From NCBI GenBank assembly GCA_052032465.1, contig JBPEWS010000130.1, positions 1 through 29,106 on the forward strand: 29,106 bases of DNA, in the 5' to 3' direction. This DNA is from Pseudomonadales bacterium (GTDB lineage Bacteria; Pseudomonadota; Gammaproteobacteria; Pseudomonadales; JAXHSS01). Below are positions 20,021 through 26,960 of this stretch, one piece after another. Each line of letters opens with the position of its first letter. Within the stretch, counting starts at the first letter, position 1. The notes beneath the pieces are model-generated. The model saw nothing but the letters and a program-made list of their open reading frames with translations, ran no database searches and was not told the DNA's origin. The position numbers and the translations under genes are program-made.

Positions 20021-20938
20021 TTATTGAGGCAAGTACTGATATTGAGAATACCAATTCTCATTGACATGGTCTTGATGCTTATCGCCATTAAGATAAGCCT
20101 CGGCCTCAAAATCACTTTTCAGGTAAGTTTCCAGCACCGCTGTAACGATGGTTTTAAAGCGCGTTTTTTGATCTGCCGAGCCACCCAAATACCAGTCACC
20201 GTGACTTGCACCAGCAAACATGGCCAAGAGCTTAGTTTGTTCAGCTGGTAAACGGTTGTAATAACGCGTCACGTCTTGAGGATAAGCGAGATTGTCATTT
20301 TCACTGCCTAATACAAAGGTGGGTTTTTGAATATTCTCAAAAGCTACATTATTCTCAAGGTCGCCCAACCAAGGTGCTAAGGCAATCGCAGTGGCTTGTT
20401 GGTTTTGCAACTGTGCGGCTGCTAATAGTGTTCCGCCACCGCCCATTGAAAAGCCCATGATATTTCGCTTATCAAGGTCAACCAAACCATAAATAGGACT
20501 TGCCGCTCGAGCATGCTCACTGGCCAGCTTATTAAAGCCTGCCACATGTGCTTTTTGCCAAGTATCAGGCTGCGCATAAATATTGGTTGGCGTCATAGCA
20601 AAAACAATATATCCGTGGGATGTTAAATGATCTGCTAGCCAATACATATCTTCTTTGGTGTTGGTCCAACCGCCAGTCAATGTTGTAGCTGGCAAAGTCT
20701 CACCTGATAACTCACAAGGGTATGAAACACGCGCAGAGGCATAGCCCGAATCACGAAGGTTGTTACTATAAGTGCAAAGCGAATATTCTCCTTGAGCCCC
20801 TAGGCCTTCTGCTGAAGGATCAGGTTGATCGGGCTCATCACCACCACCGCAAGCCTGCAATAAAACCACTGCACTCAGCGCGATCAGCTGTTTAGCACGT
20901 TTGGCCAAGTGCTCAGACATCAAATTCATATTCATCAT
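20021..20938 (-). CDS. lipoprotein alpha/beta hydrolase of the polyesterase-lipase-cutinase (PETase-like) family
   Basis: Lipobox LQAC30; GGWT oxyanion loop; L-x-SHGY; SPIYGLVD...MGFSMGGGGTL; APW; PTFVLGSEND; GASH. Triad Ser164-Asp215-His246. The true start may be Met2 (20935), judging by the spacing from the GGGGG SD. Confidence 0.88.
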   Translation of the reverse strand: MMNMNLMSEHLAKRAKQLIALSAVVLLQACGGGDEPDQPDPSAEGLGAQGEYSLCTYSNNLRDSGYASARVSYPCELSGETLPATTLTGGWTNTKEDMYWLADHLTSHGYIVFAMTPTNIYAQPDTWQKAHVAGFNKLASEHARAASPIYGLVDLDKRNIMGFSMGGGGTLLAAAQLQNQQATAIALAPWLGDLENNVAFENIQKPTFVLGSENDNLAYPQDVTRYYNRLPAEQTKLLAMFAGASHGDWYLGGSADQKTRFKTIVTAVLETYLKSDFEAEAYLNGDKHQDHVNENWYSQYQYLPQ

Positions 20939-21071
20939 TTACCCCCTTAGTTCATTTTGTTATGCGATGCAGACTAACTGAAACAACTCGTTAACACTGT
21001 TTAGGTTTTGTGTAAAACCGCTGCCGAAAACTGACTAAGTACGAGCGACAAAACAAAAAGTGAGCACAAGG

Positions 21072-21088
21072 AAGTGGTAAGACCAACT
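21072..21088. promoter_or_regulatory. GntR/FadR-subfamily (PdhR/GlcC/LldR-type) operator candidate
   Basis: AAGTGGTAAGACCAACT matches the E. coli PdhR operator AATTGGTAAGACCAATT at 15/17 positions. Intergenic, 134-150 nt upstream of the hydrolase. Confidence 0.55.
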
Positions 21089-21133
21089 GAAACTTGGCGG
21101 TAATCCATCACCACCGTGTAAGGCTTTTTGAGG

Positions 21134-21541
21134 TTAAAGCTGAGTTCTTCTTGCTTGTTGAACCTGCTGCATCGTGATATCCACCCCTGATTTAATCGAA
21201 ACCGCCTCGGCAATTCGTTCATCGGTAAGCTCACCTTCTATTTGCACCCAATTGCCTTGAGCAGAGTGAGGCGTTGTACCATCATTATGCTGAATATCGG
21301 CCGAGCCACTCGGTAAATAAATGGTCCCATTGCTGAAATCTACCGCAAAGGCAATCACGCCAGGGATCAGGAAAAACAATAATCCAATAGCATCTAACAC
21401 AACCACACCAGCATCCAGCTCCCCATCAATTTGGCCTTTTCGCTCAGGATACAAGATCGTGCCGCAAGAGGCCGTATTCACAAGCAATGCAGCGATGACT
21501 AAGCGCACCGAAAGCGACTTTAAACGTTTAATTACCAACAT
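21134..21541 (-). CDS. conserved hypothetical lipoprotein
   Basis: Signal peptide with TASC lipobox, CGTILYPERKGQ and hydrophobic LDAIGLLFFLIPGVIAFAVDF-x-NGTIYLP; GAGGAG SD upstream. Confidence 0.75.
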   Translation of the reverse strand: MLVIKRLKSLSVRLVIAALLVNTASCGTILYPERKGQIDGELDAGVVVLDAIGLLFFLIPGVIAFAVDFSNGTIYLPSGSADIQHNDGTTPHSAQGNWVQIEGELTDERIAEAVSIKSGVDITMQQVQQARRTQL

Positions 21542-21561
21542 AGTCTTCTCTCCTCGTTAAG

Positions 21562-22215
21562 CTAAATTCTTGTCAATACTGAGTGCATTGGCAAGCGTGA
21601 TTTGGGCAGTGAAGCGTTATAATCCTCACCTGCTTTAGAATAACCCATAGCTAATAATACCTCACATCGATACTCACCCAGCTCGTCGGCAAATGCCTCA
21701 TTAATTTGCTCGGCATCCATACCCTCCATTGGCGTACTATCAATACCAAGGCGCGCTAGGGTATGTAAAACATTGCCCAAGGCAATATACAGCTGAGATT
21801 TTGTCCAAGCGCCGTTAAAACCTGTTTCGTCGGTGTTGAGCTCAGCAAAATGGAATTTTTTCATTTCCGATGCCATATCCTCAGGTTTGGCGCGGCCATC
21901 AGCAATATTTTGTTGCACAACACGCTCAAAATCTTCTTTTTGATAATACGGTTTATGCGCTAATAAAAGAATCTGCGAGGCTTCATAGGCATGCTTTTGG
22001 TTCATCTGAAAGTTTTGCTCAAAGGTCTTCGCCAATCGAGCACGAGCTTCATCAGACTCAATCACCACAAAACGCCAAGGCTGTGAATTGATTGATGATG
22101 CCGACAAGCGCAAGGATTCAAATATAACCTGCAAATCTTGTTCAGAAATGCGCTTATTTTTATCGTATTGCTTTGCCGTAAAGCGGCTCGCTAAATCATG
22201 AATAATTGGGTGCAT
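21562..22215 (-). CDS. nfsB: oxygen-insensitive NAD(P)H nitroreductase / flavin reductase (NfsB, FRase I-like)
   Basis: MHPIIHDL-x-x-R, LRLSASSINSQPW, Q-x-YIALGN-x-LHTLARL-x-IDSTPMEG and EDYNASLPKSR, closely resembling Vibrio fischeri FRase I as I recall it. Confidence 0.9.
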   Translation of the reverse strand: MHPIIHDLASRFTAKQYDKNKRISEQDLQVIFESLRLSASSINSQPWRFVVIESDEARARLAKTFEQNFQMNQKHAYEASQILLLAHKPYYQKEDFERVVQQNIADGRAKPEDMASEMKKFHFAELNTDETGFNGAWTKSQLYIALGNVLHTLARLGIDSTPMEGMDAEQINEAFADELGEYRCEVLLAMGYSKAGEDYNASLPKSRLPMHSVLTRI

Positions 22216-22307
22216 AAAAACTACCTATTAAGACACCTCTAGGATAAATGGAGGCCTGTGAAATTATCAGCAGAAAACTAAAACGATGGGTATAATCGAT
22301 CATTACA

Positions 22308-22688
22308 TCAAGATGTGCGAATAGCGGCCCACCAAATACAGAACAATAAGAAAACCTGGACCAATAAACGCAAACCCAACAATGGCTCTGGAAACTGAGA
22401 AAACTGCTCAGGGTTTAACCACATATAAATATTTGAAGGCGTAACACCCAGTGTCAACGCAAAAAGCCCAAGTCCGGCCCAACGACGAGTTACCTGCCAT
22501 AAAATGCCGAATGCACCCGCGAGCTCAAAAACACCCGTCACATAAACCACTTCTAAAGCCCAAAGAAACCAAGGCGGAACGATGCTAACAAAAAAATCCG
22601 TGATCAAAAAATGCCCTAACCCGCCGACAAAAAACCAGATAAAAACAAAGCCTAAAGCAAGCTTCTTTAGTAAATCAGCCTGTTTCAT
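22308..22688 (-). CDS. DoxX family membrane protein
   Basis: F-x-VGGLGHF...FFVSIVPP, TGVFELAGA-x-G, P-x-NIYM and LRLLVQ; GAGGAG SD. Confidence 0.85.
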   Translation of the reverse strand: MKQADLLKKLALGFVFIWFFVGGLGHFLITDFFVSIVPPWFLWALEVVYVTGVFELAGAFGILWQVTRRWAGLGLFALTLGVTPSNIYMWLNPEQFSQFPEPLLGLRLLVQVFLLFCIWWAAIRTS

Positions 22689-22730
22689 ACAAACTCCTCT
22701 AAAACTCGATGTCAGTTAAAATTTTTGCAT

Positions 22731-22760
22731 AAAAAAAGGCGGAGCCAAAGCCCCGCCCTT
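22731..22760 (-). terminator. intrinsic terminator of aceA
   Basis: Minus strand GGCGGGGC-TTTG-GCTCCGCC followed by 7 T, 24 nt after the aceA stop. Confidence 0.85.
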
Positions 22761-22783
22761 TTAGAGAATGATCTAAAACAGTC

Positions 22784-24349
22784 TTAGAACTGGTTAGATG
22801 TATTCTTCTCACCGCCAGCTGTAAGTGCTTGATCACCAGCAAAGAATGTCTTGTGATCGTCACCCAAGTCAGAACCCGCCATGCGTTGGTGCTTAACACA
22901 AGCAACACCTTCACGGATCTCTTTACGCTGAACGCCAGCAACATAAGCAAGCATACCTTCTTCACCGAAGTAACCTTCAGCAAGCTCGTGAACTGACAAT
23001 GCAGTTGTGTGGTATGTTGGAAGCGTAATCAAGTGGTGGAAAACACCTGCTTCACGTGAAATGTCCGCTTGGAACGTACGTACTTTCGCGTCTGCATCAG
23101 CAGAAAGCTCAGAATCGTCGTACTTAGCGTTCATTAGGTCAGCACGGTCGTATGCAGATACGTCCTTACCTTCTTCAACCCAACGGTCATACGCTTGTTG
23201 ACGGAAGTTCAATGTCCAGTTGAATGATGGAGAGTTGTTGTATACCAACTTAGCATCTGGAACTTGCTCTTTAACACGGTCAACCATTGCTTTAATACCA
23301 GCAACGTCTGGAGTTGGTGTTTCGATCCAAAGAAGGTCAGCACCTGCTTGAAGACTTGCAACACAGTCAAGAACAACACGGTCAATGTTAGTGCCTGGAG
23401 CAAACTCGTAAAGGCCACTAGCAAGACGCGCTGGACGGTGCAATTTACCATCTTTCTTGATAAGAACTTCGTCATCTTTAACGTCAGCGATATCAACTTC
23501 TTCAGTTTTCAAGAAGCTAATGTACTGAGAAGCCAAGTCGCCTGGCTCTTTAGATACAGGGATAGTCTGTGTAAGACCAGCACCTTCTGAGTCAGTACGT
23601 GCAACGATAACACCTTCGTCAACGCCAAGCTCAAGGAATGCATAACGCAATGCGTTGATTTTCGCGTGGAATTCTTCGTGTGGTACAGTTACTTTACCGT
23701 CTTGGTGACCACATTGCTTCACGTCAGATACTTGGTTTTCGATTTGAAGTGCACAAGCACCCGCTTCGATCATCTTCTTACCTAGAAGGTAAGTTGCTTC
23801 TGGGTTACCGAAACCAGCATCGATATCAGCAATAACTGGAACTACGTGAGTTTCGAAGTTATCGATTTCTGCTTGAACGTCTTCACCAGCGTCCAAACGA
23901 CGGAAAAGGTCGTTCAATACAACAGCGTCAGCTTGACGAAGGAAAGTGTAAAGCTCTTCGATCAATGCAGGAACAGAAGTCTTTTCATGCATAGATTGGT
24001 CAGGAAGAGGACCAAACTCAGAGCGAAGTGCCGCTACCATCCAACCTGAAAGGTAAAGATATGTCTTATTCGTAGTTTTGTGGTACTTTTTAACCGCAAG
24101 CATTTTTTGTTGCGCAACAAAACCGTGCCAGCAACCTAGAGACTGAGTGTACTTTGACTTATCAGCATCGTAGTCAGCCATGTCTTTACGCATGATAGCA
24201 GCGTTATACTTAGCGATGTCGATACCTGTTTTGAATTGGTTTTGAACAGCCATACGTGCAGCTGTTTCTGGGCTGATTGCCGCCCAAGTATCACCGTGCT
24301 TCGCTTTAATTTCGCGAACCCACTCAATAGCAGACTTATAAGTTGACAT
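22784..24349 (-). CDS. aceA: isocitrate lyase (long, Pseudomonas-type form)
   Basis: YLYLSGWMVAA, PVIADIDAGFGN, IENQVSDVKQCGHQDGK catalytic loop, ARTDS, WIET and YNNSPSFNW. Confidence 0.97.
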   Translation of the reverse strand: MSTYKSAIEWVREIKAKHGDTWAAISPETAARMAVQNQFKTGIDIAKYNAAIMRKDMADYDADKSKYTQSLGCWHGFVAQQKMLAVKKYHKTTNKTYLYLSGWMVAALRSEFGPLPDQSMHEKTSVPALIEELYTFLRQADAVVLNDLFRRLDAGEDVQAEIDNFETHVVPVIADIDAGFGNPEATYLLGKKMIEAGACALQIENQVSDVKQCGHQDGKVTVPHEEFHAKINALRYAFLELGVDEGVIVARTDSEGAGLTQTIPVSKEPGDLASQYISFLKTEEVDIADVKDDEVLIKKDGKLHRPARLASGLYEFAPGTNIDRVVLDCVASLQAGADLLWIETPTPDVAGIKAMVDRVKEQVPDAKLVYNNSPSFNWTLNFRQQAYDRWVEEGKDVSAYDRADLMNAKYDDSELSADADAKVRTFQADISREAGVFHHLITLPTYHTTALSVHELAEGYFGEEGMLAYVAGVQRKEIREGVACVKHQRMAGSDLGDDHKTFFAGDQALTAGGEKNTSNQF

Positions 24350-24428
24350 AATAAATTACCTTATATCTTATCTTTTAGAAAACAGTTAAAGCTTGTTAAA
24401 TTTCAAGCAGAAACCGGACTTGGTGGTC

Positions 24429-24437
24429 ATGATAACA
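24429..24437 (-). promoter_or_regulatory. candidate extended -10 promoter of aceA
   Basis: Minus strand TG-T-TATCAT about 80 nt upstream of the ATG, with TTTAAA 16 nt further upstream as a possible -35. Confidence 0.4.
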
Positions 24438-24595
24438 GCCAAGACAAATATTTAAAGTTTATTTTGTCTATAACGACTATAAATACAAAAAATGACGCGG
24501 CGAGCTAACAAAAGTTATAGAAATAACCAAAACGCATCCTGAGCAAAAACTAAGGTAATAGCCAACATAAAACCCTGCTCCCTGAATAAAAACCC

Positions 24596-24624
24596 ATGAA
24601 AACACGACCTTTTTTGGGTAAAAT
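24596..24624 (+). promoter_or_regulatory. candidate sigma70 promoter of the proA operon
   Basis: ATGAAA-17 nt-TAAAAT, ending 28 nt before ATG 24653. Confidence 0.35.
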
Positions 24625-24652
24625 CCTAGCTCGAACCAGAAGACGTGACACC

Positions 24653-25906
24653 ATGACTCGCACAGAAGAATACACTCTACAGCTGATTGACCAAGCCGTT
24701 GCAGCTAGCAACGCCATTCGATCGGCAAGCACTGATGATAAAAACAAAGCTCTTTTAGCAATTAAAAACGCACTAATTGCCAATAAGGCGGCCATCTTAG
24801 AAGCTAACCAAAAAGACTTAACGGCTGGCAAAGAAAAGCAGCTTGATAGCGCCCTAATGGATCGCTTAGAGCTGAATGAGGGACGCTTTCAAGGCATGAT
24901 TGATTCGCTTGAACAAGTTATCGCACTGCCCGACCCTGTTGGTCAAATTCGTGATATGCGCTATCTTCCAAGCGGCATTCAAGTCGGAAAAATGCGTGTT
25001 CCTTTGGGCGTTATCGGCATCATTTATGAGTCTCGCCCTAATGTAACGATCGAAGCAGCCAGCCTTTGCTTGAAGTCAGGTAATGCAGCTATCCTGCGCG
25101 GCGGCTCTGAAGCCATTCACTCTAATACTGCCATTGCTGCCTGCATTCATGAAGGCCTAAAAGCCAGCGGATTTAATGAGCGCGCCATTCAGGTGATTGA
25201 AACAACGGACCGCGCAGCCGTTGGTACCATGATTACCGCCAAAGATAAAGTTGATGTCATTATCCCGCGTGGTGGCAAAGGACTCATCGAGCGCATCTCT
25301 AACGAAGCGCGTGTTGCCGTGATCAAGCACCTTGACGGTATTTGCCACGTGTATATCGACGAGTTTGCCGACGCCGAAAAAGCCTATGCCATTGCAGTGA
25401 ATGCCAAGACTCAGCGCTATGGTACCTGTAATACAATGGAAACTCTGCTGGTTGACCAAACACAGCTTGAGCTTTTACCTAAATTAGCTGCCGCCTACCA
25501 AGACAAAGGCGTTGAGCTTCGAGGCTGCGAGCGTACGCAAGCAATCATCGATTGTAAGCCAGCAACAGCCGAAGACTGGGATACCGAGTATCTCGCGCCG
25601 ATTCTGAGCATTAAAGTCGTCGACTCCATCGATCAGGCGATTGCTCACATCAACCAGCACGGCAGTCATCATACCGATAGCATCGTGACTGAAAACTACA
25701 CGCGCAGTCAGCAGTTTCTACGTGAGGTGGACTCAAGCTCAGTGATGATTAATGCCTCGACACGCTTTGCAGACGGCTTTGAATATGGCCTAGGTGCCGA
25801 AATTGGCATCTCGACAGACAAACTTCATGCCCGAGGCCCCGTTGGTCTAGAAGGTCTGACCACCGAAAAATATATCGTATTAGGCAATGGCAACATCCGC
25901 CAATAA
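24653..25906 (+). CDS. proA: gamma-glutamyl phosphate reductase
   Basis: [23 protein letters not shown]-x-ILRGGSEA, [19 protein letters not shown] and [19 protein letters not shown]. Start moved from 24596 to ATG 24653 (417 aa). Confidence 0.97.
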   Translation: MTRTEEYTLQLIDQAVAASNAIRSASTDDKNKALLAIKNALIANKAAILEANQKDLTAGKEKQLDSALMDRLELNEGRFQGMIDSLEQVIALPDPVGQIRDMRYLPSGIQVGKMRVPLGVIGIIYESRPNVTIEAASLCLKSGNAAILRGGSEAIHSNTAIAACIHEGLKASGFNERAIQVIETTDRAAVGTMITAKDKVDVIIPRGGKGLIERISNEARVAVIKHLDGICHVYIDEFADAEKAYAIAVNAKTQRYGTCNTMETLLVDQTQLELLPKLAAAYQDKGVELRGCERTQAIIDCKPATAEDWDTEYLAPILSIKVVDSIDQAIAHINQHGSHHTDSIVTENYTRSQQFLREVDSSSVMINASTRFADGFEYGLGAEIGISTDKLHARGPVGLEGLTTEKYIVLGNGNIRQ

Positions 25907-25910
25907 TCCG

Positions 25911-26543
25911 ATGATCGTTTTCGGCGGCAGCTTTGACCCTGTCCATCTAGGGCATATTGCTGTAGCCGAACACATCGCCAAACAATGCGATTCAACAGTA
26001 CGATTGATGCCTTGCTATCAGTCGCCAACAAAGACGCAGCGAGCCAGTAGTAGTGAAGACCGATTACTGATGCTTCACCTTGCGACCTTAGCTTGCCCTA
26101 ACCTTGTGATCGACACCCGAGAGCTAGCCGCTGAGCGCCCAACCTATACCATCGACACCATGCAACAATTACGTGCTGAGATCACTGATGAGCAATCGCT
26201 GATTTTCGTGATGGGTATGGATAGCTTAGTGGGCTTAGATCAGTGGAAATCGTGGCAGGAGCTATTATCGTTATGCCATTTTTATGTGGTTAATCGACCC
26301 GGTTTTTCGCTTGAACAAAACCCTACCGTTCAAGCCTATATCGACGGCTATCTCACCCAAGACGAAAACGCCCTGCTTGAATCGCCTTCAGGAAAGGTTT
26401 TTCTGGATCCGAGCTTGGCGCTCAAAGTAAGTTCATCCGCCATTCGAGCAACAATCAAAGACCATCAAGCTATTGATCAATCTGTACTGCACCCTGAGGT
26501 GCTTCATTTTATCCAACAACAAAAACTCTATGAGGAGCAATAA
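25911..26543 (+). CDS. nadD: nicotinate-nucleotide adenylyltransferase
   Basis: FGGSFDPVHLGH (HxGH), PTYTIDT, FVMGMDSL...W-x-x-W and VSSSAIR. Start placed at ATG 25911, just after the proA stop. Confidence 0.95.
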   Translation: MIVFGGSFDPVHLGHIAVAEHIAKQCDSTVRLMPCYQSPTKTQRASSSEDRLLMLHLATLACPNLVIDTRELAAERPTYTIDTMQQLRAEITDEQSLIFVMGMDSLVGLDQWKSWQELLSLCHFYVVNRPGFSLEQNPTVQAYIDGYLTQDENALLESPSGKVFLDPSLALKVSSSAIRATIKDHQAIDQSVLHPEVLHFIQQQKLYEEQ

Positions 26544-26912
26544 ATGTCATTAGAGACATTGATTCCAATTATTACCGACGCCATTGAGGACATTAAAGGA
26601 CAAAACATCACCGTTATCGATGTCAAAGATCAAACCAATATTGCTGATGGCTTTATCATTGCAACAGCAACCTCTAATCGACAATTGAACGCAATTGCGA
26701 ATAATGTTGTCGAAAAAGTGAAAGAAGCTGGCTTTAAACCGCTAGGTATTGAGGCCGAACCCAATGCTGAGTGGGTACTGGTCGACTTGAACGACATTAT
26801 CGTGCATCTCATGCTGCCATCGGCGCGTGAGTTTTATGACCTTGAAAGCCTATGGCAGCACAGCTCAAAAGCACGCAGCCAAAACGAGGAAAAAGACCCA
26901 CTAGAGCCTTAA
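26544..26912 (+). CDS. rsfS: ribosome silencing factor RsfS (Iojap/YbeB)
   Basis: DIKGQNI-x-VIDV, EWVLVDL-x-DIIVH and REFYDLE-x-LW; GAGGAG SD. Confidence 0.95.
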   Translation: MSLETLIPIITDAIEDIKGQNITVIDVKDQTNIADGFIIATATSNRQLNAIANNVVEKVKEAGFKPLGIEAEPNAEWVLVDLNDIIVHLMLPSAREFYDLESLWQHSSKARSQNEEKDPLEP

Positions 26913-26960
26913 TCACTTCGATTAGTGGTTTTACTAAGCTATTAACAACGAGTCAAACGA

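Noticed and set aside
19941-20027. 28-codon plus-strand ORF (MATEHSFNYIPGRWRVSRRYSPLVFYNY) with AGGTGG 11 nt upstream, sequestered in a hairpin
   Set aside because: It runs through the strong hairpin and T tract, so transcription would end before its stop codon. It is also not hydrophobic like type I toxins.
23048-23063. parS-like sequence TGCTTCACGTGAAATG (13/16 to TGTTTCACGTGAAACA)
   Set aside because: It lies inside aceA and is explained by the codons for I-S-R-E-A. The outer arm bases are mismatched and it is a single copy.
24596-24652. ORF-track N-terminal extension of ProA ([19 protein letters not shown])
   Set aside because: It makes ProA about 19 aa longer than typical and overlaps a candidate promoter, so ATG 24653 is preferred. 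Track starts at 25887 (nadD), 6187 (DUF1232), 15741 (pntAa) and 974 (PaaI) were adjusted likewise.
26544-26912. RsfS motif deviations (ATATSNRQL, VDLNDII instead of the usual GTS...DxGD)
   Set aside because: These are single substitutions within normal family variation as far as I can judge without an alignment.
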